From Bdellovibrionota bacterium (GTDB lineage: Bacteria; Bdellovibrionota_C; UBA2361; JBIKUX01): a DNA stretch of 64,000 bases. The translations under genes and the position numbers were made by a program. Below are positions 50,491 through 60,435 of the stretch, in pieces (position 1 is the stretch's first letter; each line of letters opens with the position of its first letter). The notes beneath the pieces were generated by a model, which saw nothing but the letters and a program-made list of their open reading frames with translations, made no database searches and had not been told where the DNA came from. The DNA lies in NCBI GenBank assembly GCA_044347345.1, contig JBIKUX010000003.1, positions 1 through 64,000 on the forward strand. The letters are read 5' to 3'.

Positions 50491-51234
50491 TTACAGAGAT
50501 TTAACTATTTTTGCTGGATTTCCAGCAATTAAACTTTTATCTGGAAATGTTCCGCTCGTTACTACTGAGCCTGCGGCTACAATCGAGCCATTTCCGATAT
50601 TTACTCCTTTCAAAATTATAGCCCCAACTCCAATCCAAACGTCATCACCTATAGTAATCGGTTCAGAGATATTTTGACCACATAGCCTTTCACTAAGAGA
50701 GTTTGGCTCTACTTGATTAGCCCTACTTTGTTGATTTGAAGTAAGTGACGGGAAGTAATCTAGCACCATTTTTGTAACCTGTTCTGCTCGCAGAATGGGG
50801 TCGACAGGGTGCGGATCGTAATCTTGGATTACCACGTTCCAACTTGAAAGAAAACGAGCACCAATGGTTATTTTTGAGGCTGAATAAATATGGGTTGGGC
50901 CGATTATGCTATTCTCTCCCACTGTTATACATCCACTGTTTGTAGCCAAAAGTCGGGCGCTTTCATAAATGATTGAGTTATCACCAATAATAATCTTGCT
51001 GCCTGGCGCTTCAGCCTGAAGCGAGAAACGCCTCTGTATTCTGACATTTTTTCCTCTTATTACACGAGGGTTGGGAAAGAAAAGGTAAGATAGTTGCGTG
51101 AGTAAACATAAAACTGCTCCGCGCAGTACTCCCACAACTTTAGCCGGATTTCGCCTTATTTTAGCTTGAGCCCGTTGGATAAAGCCTTCTTTTGAAATAG
51201 ATCCTGCGCGAAAAGGGTTGATAATCATATTCAT
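50491..51234 (-). CDS. Hexapeptide-repeat (LbH) O-acyltransferase
   Basis: IQDYDPHP, PITIGDDVWIGVGAIILKGVNIGNGSIVAAGSVVT, AGNPAK. Confidence 0.9.
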   Translation of the reverse strand: MNMIINPFRAGSISKEGFIQRAQAKIRRNPAKVVGVLRGAVLCLLTQLSYLFFPNPRVIRGKNVRIQRRFSLQAEAPGSKIIIGDNSIIYESARLLATNSGCITVGENSIIGPTHIYSASKITIGARFLSSWNVVIQDYDPHPVDPILRAEQVTKMVLDYFPSLTSNQQSRANQVEPNSLSERLCGQNISEPITIGDDVWIGVGAIILKGVNIGNGSIVAAGSVVTSGTFPDKSLIAGNPAKIVKSL

Positions 51235-51351
51235 TTATTCAAAGTACAGTAGATAACTGTTTAGGAAGTGTAAATATTTTTTCTTAAAACTACAGAATTC
51301 AACTTGTAGTGAATGCTCATTTTTTATTCTAAATTTTTCCTGATAAATATC

Positions 51352-51376
51352 ATACATGCGTATGATACGCATGTAT
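51352..51376. promoter_or_regulatory. Perfect 12-bp inverted repeat, operator-like
   Basis: ATACATGCGTAT-G-ATACGCATGTAT between divergent genes. Confidence 0.45.
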
Positions 51377-51388
51377 AACTAATTAAAA

Positions 51389-51676
51389 GTGGATCGTACG
51401 AGACTAAAGCATATTTTAAAAGAGCTGTTTAAGATGAAGATAGAAAAACTTGGAGAAATTAGCCGAACATCTGCGAATGGTAAAAAGAACATTCAGAGAC
51501 TATTACATGAAGAAATTATCGTGGAGACAGCTAAAAACTCTCCTGGTAATTTACCAAAAAGCCATGAACAAATTGGCTATAGCAACCTTAAAATAAAAAA
51601 TGAGGAGGAAAAAAATTATTGGGAAGAACCTACTGATGTTAGAGGAGTGGTTTTTAATAATGAAACCAACTCATGA
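51389..51676 (+). CDS. Small hypothetical protein
   Basis: 95-aa ORF; start uncertain. Confidence 0.4.
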   Translation: MDRTRLKHILKELFKMKIEKLGEISRTSANGKKNIQRLLHEEIIVETAKNSPGNLPKSHEQIGYSNLKIKNEEEKNYWEEPTDVRGVVFNNETNS

Positions 51677-51840
51677 AAAAAATGAGTATTGAGCAAAAAT
51701 AGACTTGAATTTAAAGTAAAGTTAGTACGCCGTTCTATAGTCTTTTAAAGTAAACTAAAAACTAAAAAGTGGATAATGGCACAAATAAAACGTATTTTGG
51801 TAAAATAATATCAATCTCAGGTAAATAATTTTAGGTAGTA

Positions 51841-52125
51841 GTGATTGCGGCGCCTAAGACTCCTCTAAATCAAGAACCAAAAAGAATCCAAGGTCAGACT
51901 CGGCTTCCTAAGCCAACTGGAGAGAGTCAAGTAGAGAGTCCAGAATTAGGCAAACCAGAAACCGGACGCAAACATGGTGATGCACCTTCAGATTCCGGCC
52001 CCATTAAACTTCCTCAAACCTGTGTACAAGGAGCACTATCGGAAGGTTCTAATCCGCCCCTTGACCCTAATCAGGTAGCTGTGGTTCTAGGTACTCTGAG
52101 GAGAACAAATGAACCAAGTGCATGA
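51841..52125 (+). CDS. Small Pro/Gly-rich hypothetical protein
   Basis: 94 aa, low complexity; overlaps the next start, whose GAGGAG Shine-Dalgarno lies inside it. Confidence 0.5.
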   Translation: MIAAPKTPLNQEPKRIQGQTRLPKPTGESQVESPELGKPETGRKHGDAPSDSGPIKLPQTCVQGALSEGSNPPLDPNQVAVVLGTLRRTNEPSA

Positions 52126-53046
52126 TGAAATAAGTAGTCTTAATCCTTTAGGTTTTGAGTGGGACTCAGCAAAAGATTTTGAGGTATTAAAACAGGGTTT
52201 CTGTGATGATAACCTTTTTTTTAAGCCATTAAATGGCGTAGTTGACCGACTAGAAATAGCAGCAAGGATATGTCGGTTAATTACTATCTCTTTTGGTGAG
52301 CCAAATTATGCTGTTTTTCTTCTAGGTTCTTTAGTCAACAAAGTACACAAAGAAACTTCCGATTTTGATTTTTTAGTTTTTGTTACCGAAAATATTAAAC
52401 AAGATGATACGATTCAACTTTTAAAGAGAATCAGTTTATTTTTAAATAGTGTAGGGTTTAGTACTAATGACTTAGCTTTAGATATTGCCTATTTTAATCT
52501 AGATGAGTCTATAAATAACTTGCCATCAGAATTAGGTAAAAGGAAGTTTAAAGACAAAGAGCATGAGCGGCTAACTTTAATTGCTCACCAAATGCAATTA
52601 TTTAACGTTCGATATCGTTCTCGTTATTTGGGAGGCAGCATCAAGATTGCGAAAAAGATATTCGAACTTTGTCCAGAATATTTTTGGAATAGCTCTTTAA
52701 GGAATTTTTTACGGATTTTCAGCAATATCTTGTTTCTTTTGGAACTATCTCAGCCATCTTACCTCAATTATTTTTAATTCCATCATGGCAGGTTATTGGT
52801 TTAAGGTTATCAGAGCATTTAGCTAAAATAACTGTTTTTAGTATTTACACAAATTACCTTTTAGATATCCGGCAACTTCCGTTATCAACTGATCATTGCA
52901 TAAGCCTAGTTAGTAAACATGTAAATGATAAAGAAAAGGAAATTTTGCTACTAGCGCAACCTCTACTTACCTCTTTGGCAGTAGAGGCTAGTAAGGTGCA
53001 TAAACTTGTCAGCGCAACTCGTCTTACAGATTATATTCCTATATGA
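52109..53046 (+). pseudogene. Pol-beta-type nucleotidyltransferase, frameshifted
   Basis: FLLGSLV...SDFDFLVF; after about 52765 another frame runs open to TGA 53044-53046, overlapping the next ATG (ATGA). Confidence 0.7.
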
Positions 53047-54254
53047 AAAACAGTGAGTATCCCTATCCTAAAATCTGCCCCGTTTTAACTTCAGATCAGT
53101 GCGACGAACTCCTTACATTTGCTCGCAAGAGTAAAGGTGTAGATGTTAATGTTCTTGATTTAGAAACAGGGTACTATAAGGATGATAATCTTCGCAGTGC
53201 TACTAGTTGGATGTTACCTGAAAATCTTAATGCCACTATGCAGATAAGAGCCTTTATTGAATCTCAGTCAGGTTTGCCTAGGGTTAATTAAGATTCTCTT
53301 ACACTGCTTCGGTATGAGACGGGTGACCATCATGCACCCCATTATGATTTTGAGACTGATGAAGTTATGGAGTTAAGAGGGGAGGATGCTCAAGCTCAAA
53401 GATTGTATACAGCTCGTATTTGGTTAAACGACGATTTTAAGGGTGGAGAGACATCTTTCATAAACTTAGATGTAAAATACAAAGGCAAGACGGGAGATGG
53501 TATTATTTGGATAAATATTGACCCTGTAAGCGGAGAAAAGTGTAAAGACTCAATACATGCTGGTCTTCCGGTAGAAGAAGGAGAAAAGTGGATTGTAGTT
53601 ACTTGGGTGATGGATAAGCCTATACGTTTCGTAGGTGAAGCTACAAGATCTTCTTTTTTGCAAGAAGTTCCTGGTCTTATTAGTCCAGAGACGGCAAGTG
53701 CATAATCTGAGTTTTGTGATAAAAATGGTTCGATAGCTAATCCGTGGAATAACTCTCCTAGTGAGGATAATTCTCGAGCGGTGTGGGTAACTTTACCTAA
53801 AGACCCTGTAATTTTAGCAATGCGAGAAAGATTATCTCGCATAACTAAATTGCCTATGTCTCATCAAGAACCTCTATTTTTGGTAAGGCATGAGCAAGGG
53901 GCTTTTCGCCCTATATCGACTGATTCATTTGTGCGTGAGACTTTTAAAACTGAAGTAAAGCGTGGAGGCCATCGGTTATATACAGTTTACTGTCCTCTCC
54001 AAGAAGCAGATGAAGGAGGTGAGTTGTTACTGCCTTCGCTTGGAAATTCTTGGCGCCCTAAATGTTTAGGCGATGCGTTAGTGTGGCAGACGGGATTATT
54101 GAAAAGGCCGGCTGTTCGGCATCCATTATCGATTCATGAGATTCTTAAGGTACGTAAGGGCACTCAAACAGTTCTTTATCTTTGGATAAGAGAGCGTCCA
54201 TTTGATTTAACCGTATCAAATGAGCTGGAAGATAGTTTAGAATCTGCTAAATAA
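53043..54254 (+). pseudogene. Tandem prolyl-4-hydroxylase-like 2OG-Fe(II) oxygenase with two in-frame stops
   Basis: ORFs 53043, 53367 and 53781 share one frame, separated only by TAA 53289 and TAA 53703; LLRYETGDHHAPHYD, GGETSF, HAGLPVEEGEKW; second domain GGHRLYT...EGGEL. Confidence 0.85.
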
Positions 54255-54295
54255 GTCATTAACAAGTAATTACATTAAGAAGAGCTGATAATAAT

Positions 54296-54631
54296 ATGTC
54301 TTTATTGATTTCAACTACACCTAATATAGAAGGACACAGAATTTTAAAGTATCTTGGCATAGTGACTGGTGAAGCTATTCTTGGAGCTAATTTTGTAAAA
54401 GATTTCTTTGCAAAATTTACTGATGTTTTAGGAGGACGCTCCGGTAGTTATGAACGAGAGCTTCATAAGGCCAGAAAAATTGCTTTTGATGAGCTTGAGC
54501 TTCAAGCTAAAAAGTTAGGAGCTAACGGGGTTATTGGAGTCGATATAGATTATGAGGTCATAGGGCTAACTAACGGTAGCATGTTAATGGTGAGCGTTAG
54601 TGGAACTGCTGTTAATTATGAACAGATTTAA
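54296..54631 (+). CDS. YbjQ/UPF0145 family protein
   Basis: [43 protein letters not shown]. Confidence 0.93.
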   Translation: MSLLISTTPNIEGHRILKYLGIVTGEAILGANFVKDFFAKFTDVLGGRSGSYERELHKARKIAFDELELQAKKLGANGVIGVDIDYEVIGLTNGSMLMVSVSGTAVNYEQI

Positions 54632-54652
54632 GCGAATTACTAAGTCTTTAAA

Positions 54653-55195
54653 TTAAGATTTTTGTGACTCGGATTCACCTCTATTTAGTGTAGTTTCGGA
54701 TGAAGAATCTTCTGGCTGGGATTTTTCGGGGGTAGGGGAAAACCCGGGAATATCGCAAAGTGGCACCCTAGTTGATAAGTCAGGACTATCAAAAATTACT
54801 TGAGCACCTCTTAAATTACGGATGTTTACAAAGAGAGGTGCTTTTAAGTTAGCAGTTGTGGCACTCGGGTCACCTCTAACTGTTACGACTACTAAAATGG
54901 CAAACTCATCGGTCTCTTTAAAATCACACTCCGGTTGCGAGAATGGTAAAGTTAAGTCGTAATTATATCCTACCTCAAAGCCATCGATTACAACAAAGGC
55001 GATTGATGGTTCGTCTACGCCGTGTAGCCATGAAAATGGATGCTTATGGTCGATTAAGACAAACTTGTTAGGACGTGGAAACCCTATTAAACCAGACGGA
55101 AAAGTAATTATACGGTCAGATGATACCGAAAGAGGACCAAAGCGAGTGCTTTCAAAATGTACTAATTCACTTATACGGTTAGCGTCATCGTTCAT
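54653..55195 (-). CDS. fliW: Flagellar assembly factor FliW
   Basis: STRFG, ITFPSGLIGF, FSWL, TANLKAPL; overlaps the csrA end; start at ATG 55195 or 55210. Confidence 0.9.
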   Translation of the reverse strand: MNDDANRISELVHFESTRFGPLSVSSDRIITFPSGLIGFPRPNKFVLIDHKHPFSWLHGVDEPSIAFVVIDGFEVGYNYDLTLPFSQPECDFKETDEFAILVVVTVRGDPSATTANLKAPLFVNIRNLRGAQVIFDSPDLSTRVPLCDIPGFSPTPEKSQPEDSSSETTLNRGESESQKS

Positions 55196-55616
55196 TGTCG
55201 CCACCGTCATTCTTTGTATTGCGCATACCTCGTCGTTTCACCTCGAACGAACGATCTCCTTCTTTTTCTCTTCCAGACCTATTGAGCTTTACGGGTTGTA
55301 CCGTTATTCCCCCGAAGGTTTTATTGCTGAGTCCAACATTTTTACTAGCATCAGGTAAATTCCTGTTTTGTCCAGTGACTGCATTCCTCCCTAGTTCTAC
55401 TTTGGTAGAGGCAATGATATCTAACTCGGTTACGCTTTCTGCTGCTTGGCGATTTTCCTCTAAAATTTGTAGATAAATCTCTTCTCGATATATCTTAAAA
55501 TCTCGAGGAGCATCAATACCAACGCGTATTTGGTTGCCCTTGATCTCTATTACGGTAACCTTGATGTGGTCTCCGATGTAGATACACTCTCCGGGCTTAC
55601 GTGTAAGTATCAGCAT
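55185..55616 (-). CDS. csrA: Carbon storage regulator CsrA with long C-terminal extension
   Basis: MLILTRKPGECIYIGDHIKVTV...IRVGIDAP...IYREEIY..I.EENRQAA. Confidence 0.95.
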   Translation of the reverse strand: MLILTRKPGECIYIGDHIKVTVIEIKGNQIRVGIDAPRDFKIYREEIYLQILEENRQAAESVTELDIIASTKVELGRNAVTGQNRNLPDASKNVGLSNKTFGGITVQPVKLNRSGREKEGDRSFEVKRRGMRNTKNDGGDNER

Positions 55617-55830
55617 GGCCTTCCGTGGCGGGAAAAACGACTGCTCAATCTTTAACTAGACTAGTATCCGTTTTTCAAGATAACGACATTTCTGTACTGA
55701 AACTATCAAGATGGTGAAAGTTTCATTACTTAAGGTATGATGCTTTAAAGATAATCGCCGATGCTGGTTAAACTAGGCTTTTTTTCACACTTTAGTAAAA
55801 TATTTAACACCTAGAGAGATAAAAAGTTTC

Positions 55831-56733
55831 TTACATGAAAATACCGTGTTTTTCTGTGATGTTACGATTAGCATCTATTAAAACATAGCCTTGTAGATAG
55901 TTTGCATCACTCATTAGCGGACTCATATATAGTTCTGGATGTAAAGATTGCCAAAAGTAATCTACAAAGTCCTCTACTTGTTCCTCTGTCATCCCGCTAC
56001 CTTTCTCAGTCCGCAATGCTCTTTCTGCATCAATTCTCCACTGTTTACTTAAACTAAAAGGTGCCGGAAATAAGCCAACAAGGCCATCGAGTCTATTCCA
56101 TAGTGGCGCATATTCAGGGAGTATTTCATTAATTAACGGCGTAAGTTCTGAAGCAAAGTGAGAGTGAGGATCGGCTGGACGAGCTCCAAGAAACCACCCT
56201 TCAATAATTACAACATCTGGAACAGTCTGTAGTATGGGATCGATCTGATCTCCTTCGCCACAATGTAGTGCCTTATCAAATCTTGGTACTTGTACTGAGC
56301 TGCCTCTTCCGCTATCTAACTCCTTAATAAATCGATTTATTAGAGCCATATCATGTGTACCTGGCGGCCCTCGGCGTCTTAATCTAGGCTCACGCATCCG
56401 TAGTTCTTGACGAGCGGAGAATGGTAGATAAAAGTCGTCAATTGATACAGCAAACGAAGTAAATCCAGCAAATTTAAGGGCACTAACAATAAGTTCTGAA
56501 ATTGTAGTTTTACCCGTACCTTGGAGACCAAGAACACCTTGAATAAAAGGAATAGATATTGATTGTTTGGCAAGATTATTACTAATGTTTAAAACAAGCG
56601 GTAATACAATTTCTTCGGTGGCCTTGTGAAGAAATCTTCGAAAAACTTCAGATTTTGGTAGTGACTCGCCGTAAACTGAATATAAAATTGCTTCGGTAGA
56701 GAACCATGTTGGTAAGTTTGTTTTCATGAACAA
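55831..56733 (-). CDS. D-glycerate 3-kinase (GLYK type, P-loop)
   Basis: GLQGTGKTT, SIDDFYL, RGPPGTHD, PRFDKALHCGEGD, IIEGWFLG. Confidence 0.8.
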   Translation of the reverse strand: MFMKTNLPTWFSTEAILYSVYGESLPKSEVFRRFLHKATEEIVLPLVLNISNNLAKQSISIPFIQGVLGLQGTGKTTISELIVSALKFAGFTSFAVSIDDFYLPFSARQELRMREPRLRRRGPPGTHDMALINRFIKELDSGRGSSVQVPRFDKALHCGEGDQIDPILQTVPDVVIIEGWFLGARPADPHSHFASELTPLINEILPEYAPLWNRLDGLVGLFPAPFSLSKQWRIDAERALRTEKGSGMTEEQVEDFVDYFWQSLHPELYMSPLMSDANYLQGYVLIDANRNITEKHGIFM

Positions 56734-56761
56734 TATTCTGTTCGGTCTAGTGGTATAATTT

Positions 56762-57904
56762 TTACTTCGAGTTGCCTATTAGAAGGTTTAGTTGCTCTTT
56801 TACCTTTGGAATAATCTCGTTATAAGCAAATGCTCCTAAGAGCTCTCCCCTAAGCTTCAAATTGACATGATTGGGCGCACACCATAATCCAAGATCTGCG
56901 TCATCTGTTTCACCAGGGCCATTCACTCGGCAACCCATCACAGCTATGGTGAGCTTGTGGTTTGCCGCGAAAGCACTCATTTCCTTTACTTGCTCAGCTA
57001 ATTCAACAAAGGATTCATTTTCAACTCGAGAGCATGAAGGACACGATATGATGTTTAGACCTTCGTTTTGAAAAGTTGGAACCGATCTAAAACGACCAGC
57101 GGTTACATCATCAATGATCCTTTGTCCAAGTAAAACCTCTTGATGCTTTTGGTCGTTAGGAAGAGTTAAAGATACTCTTATCGTGTCGCCAATACCTAGA
57201 GCAAGAAGATGCTCAAAAGCTACGCGAGTTTTAACTTCGGCCATAGGTAATAAACCCGCTTCTGTAACCCCGAGATGAAGGGGGACTAAGGGGTAACGCT
57301 CGGCGAAAAGTTTGTTGATTGTGACTACGTCATTGGGATTACTGCTTTTAAGGGAAACAACGAAATTTTCAAAACCGAACTCCTCAAAATAGCCTATGTG
57401 TTCTCCAGCTGAGGTTAAAGCTGCTTCAAGATGGTCAGCGTGGCGGGCTTTTTGGCTCGGATCTAAAGAGCCAAAATTTACTCCGATGCGAAGAGCAAGA
57501 TTATGTTGTTTTGCTACATCGATTAAAAAACGCACCTTATCACGTACCGGTACTTCTTTATCGTGATGATGAAGATGACCAGGATTATATCGAATCTTAT
57601 CCACAAAAGGTGCCACTTCAGCGGCAAGCTTATAGCTTTCTTGCAGGTCAACCACGAGCCGAGCATTGGTGCGTTTACGAATTTCAGCTAATGCGGCTAC
57701 ATCACGTTTACTGTCGACTGCGATTCTCACTACTCCAGCCCCAGCATCAGCTAATTGTGAAGCCTGTCGAGCTGTAGCTTCAATATCTTTGGTGCGTGTA
57801 GCGCACATTGATTGAACGACAACAGGATGATTACTACCGATGTATAAATCTCTAACCAGTACTGACCGAGTTTGACGCCGTATAATGTGAATAGGAACTG
57901 TCAT
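56762..57904 (-). CDS. ispG: HMBPP synthase (GcpE)
   Basis: VVVQSM, KIRYNPG, RIGVNFGSL, PLHLGVTEAG, GIGDTIRVSLT, SCPSCSR, MGCRVNGPGE. Confidence 0.96.
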   Translation of the reverse strand: MTVPIHIIRRQTRSVLVRDLYIGSNHPVVVQSMCATRTKDIEATARQASQLADAGAGVVRIAVDSKRDVAALAEIRKRTNARLVVDLQESYKLAAEVAPFVDKIRYNPGHLHHHDKEVPVRDKVRFLIDVAKQHNLALRIGVNFGSLDPSQKARHADHLEAALTSAGEHIGYFEEFGFENFVVSLKSSNPNDVVTINKLFAERYPLVPLHLGVTEAGLLPMAEVKTRVAFEHLLALGIGDTIRVSLTLPNDQKHQEVLLGQRIIDDVTAGRFRSVPTFQNEGLNIISCPSCSRVENESFVELAEQVKEMSAFAANHKLTIAVMGCRVNGPGETDDADLGLWCAPNHVNLKLRGELLGAFAYNEIIPKVKEQLNLLIGNSK

Positions 57905-58059
57905 AAAAAATTTGCAATAAAAAGATCAATTGTATAGGCAGATAACTATCTCTTATAAATTGTGTCTAGGGGTAAAGAATAAACCCAATTTACCTCTCAA
58001 AGAATTATTTTAACAGTACCTTTGGTAATGATGCTGATCAAGTAGATAAGCAAGTAAGT

Positions 58060-58920
58060 TTATATTTTTCTTGGTTTAAAATAGTTGCCAGTGAAAGCTA
58101 AGAAAGCATCTACCATGATAAAGAGGATGCCGACCAATTCTCTAGTTGTTGGAATTTCTGCAAAAATGATTAGTCCAAATAATAATGACCAAATGATACT
58201 CGTATAAGATAAACAAGCTACTAATGAAGCAGGAATAATTGCGAGAGCATTGGTGAGAAAAAGCTGGAATAAAACCCCAAGCATTGCTACTACTACAATA
58301 AGTAGCCAACACCACAAAGAAGGCGGTTCCCATGTAAGAATTGAAAAAGGGGCAATTATTAGGGAAGCAAAAAAACAATAAGCTAACACAATAGTTTGAG
58401 AATCATACTTAAGCGATAATTTTTTTACAAAAATGTCGCTTAAGGCAGCAGATAAGCAACCTAATAAAAGGAAAAAAATTGGTAAAATCTTGTCAATATT
58501 ATCAAACTTTGCTTGATTAAAAGGATTTGTTGCAATAACTACTCCAGCAAATCCTGCTGCTATTGCTACATATCTTAGAAGCGGAATCCTTTCATTTAAA
58601 AATATGGCTGCCAGTAGAGCAAGCATTAAAGGATTAGTAAACTGAATAGCTGTCCATACAGAAAGGGACATATATTTGATTGAATAGGCAAAGCAGGCAA
58701 AAGCACATAATCCAAAAAACGCCCTTAAAAAAATAGCTGGTTCAACCAGATTAGAAAAAAAAGTTTGACGTTTTTTTGTTGGATAATATAGATATAAAAT
58801 AAAAAAGCCGAGTGTAAACCGTAACGAGACAACTTGTTGCACAGGAATTTGGTCATCAATTAGTTTTAGCGCTACTCCAATTAAAGAACAAAACAAAAAG
58901 GCAATTAGTGCGTTAATCAT
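58060..58920 (-). CDS. DMT/EamA family transporter
   Basis: About 10 TM segments in two repeats; LAAIFLNERI, GFAGVVIATNP. Confidence 0.88.
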   Translation of the reverse strand: MINALIAFLFCSLIGVALKLIDDQIPVQQVVSLRFTLGFFILYLYYPTKKRQTFFSNLVEPAIFLRAFFGLCAFACFAYSIKYMSLSVWTAIQFTNPLMLALLAAIFLNERIPLLRYVAIAAGFAGVVIATNPFNQAKFDNIDKILPIFFLLLGCLSAALSDIFVKKLSLKYDSQTIVLAYCFFASLIIAPFSILTWEPPSLWCWLLIVVVAMLGVLFQLFLTNALAIIPASLVACLSYTSIIWSLLFGLIIFAEIPTTRELVGILFIMVDAFLAFTGNYFKPRKI

Positions 58921-59169
58921 ATAGGCTTCCTAAAAAGAGATGGGAAAACGGCCTATTTTTCGAATTAAAGTCAAGCAATTAATCGGGAATACTGCTTATT
59001 TCGCAGAAAAAACAAAAAAAATCAAAGAAAGAATTCAAGTTTAGTTTTTCCTTTGACTGGTCGACTAAACCTTTAGATTTTTTCTCTTGAAAGCATAAAA
59101 TTATACATGTTGTCAGATTTATTTGGAAGTAACTAGTGATATCTTGTTACTAACTGATACGAGGCATTT

Positions 59170-60336
59170 GTGCCATTAACGATTGGAAGCAACATAGCAA
59201 GTCTTCAGGCTCAGCGTCAGCTTGGACTTGCTTCCAATCAAATTACTTCTTCTTATCAGCGACTATCGTCTGGGCAAAGAATAAACTCAGCTAGTGATGA
59301 TGCAGCCGGCTTAGCAATTTCAGAAGCTCTTCAAAGTAGTGTGCGCATCAATACTCAAGCCGTAAAAAACTTAAATGATGGCATTAGTGTACTAAATATT
59401 GCCAAGAGTGCTTTGGAAAGTCTTTCGCAAATAACAATTCGGCAAATGGAATTAGCTGAACAAAGTGCCAATGGAACGTACACAAACATTCAACGTAGAG
59501 CCTTACATGAAGAGGCTAAACAATTAACAGATGAATACAATAGAATAATAAAAACAACGGAATTTAATGGTTTAAAATTACTAGATGGTTCATTTAAAAA
59601 TGTGTCGTTTCAGGCAGGCATTGGACAGCACGCAACTATATCAGTAAGTATAGGCGTAGAGCTACTTGATAATATATTAACTGGTGAATCTGGCACTAAT
59701 TTAGTGGGTACAGGTGAATTTTTGGTTACCTCCTCATTTACAGGAGGAAGTTTAGGAGTAGGGTTAGCTACAGGTGACTTTGATTGAGATGGAAATATTG
59801 ATATTTTAGCTGCATCTCGTCCTCCTCCCTATGATGTGGGCTATTTATTTTTATCCACCAGTAATGGAGACGGCACATTTAAGTCTCCGGTTACAGTCGG
59901 CCCATCCAGCCATCTTGATTACGGCCTTGCACTTGGCGATATAAATGGAGATAAGGTTTTGGACATAGTAACTTCAGTTGGCGCGATGGTAGCAACATCT
60001 ACGCCTAATCCTAATATAAAAAGCTCAACAGTTGGTTATTTGAATCTTTTATCGCAAAATAATGGTAGAGAAGCCTTAATTATCGCATCAGAAAGGCTAA
60101 GCAGAGTTTCAAGAGAAGTAAGTATCATAGGAGCTACCGAATCGAGACTAAATGTAGCAGTAAGTAATTTGTAAACCTCGATAATAAAAGAGACTGATGC
60201 TAGAAGTAGAATTCTTGATGCTGATATTGCACAAGAATCGAGCGAACTTATTAGGCGAGGAATTATTCAGCAAGCTGCTTCTGCCGTTCTAAGTCAAGCA
60301 AATATGCAATCTGAGATAGTCCTAGGCTTAATTTAA
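59170..60336 (+). pseudogene. fliC: Flagellin with FG-GAP/VCBS-like repeats and two in-frame stops
   Basis: RLSSGQRINSASDDAAGLAIS; GDFD*DGNIDIL and GDINGDKVLDIV; SRILDADIAQES...VLSQANM; TGA 59785 and TAA 60172 interrupt a single frame. Confidence 0.9.
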
Positions 60337-60435
60337 AGCTCCCCAAATTATGCTTACTTATATCTATTGACAAAAAGATTAACCTCCAGATTGTAGTTAA
60401 AAAATAAAAAATTTATGATTAACAAAAAGTATCAA

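Noticed and set aside
53043-60336. Stop-codon reassignment as the cause of in-frame stops
   Set aside because: TAA, TGA and TAG all occur as lesions, and all terminate normal genes in this window; core genes have no internal stops
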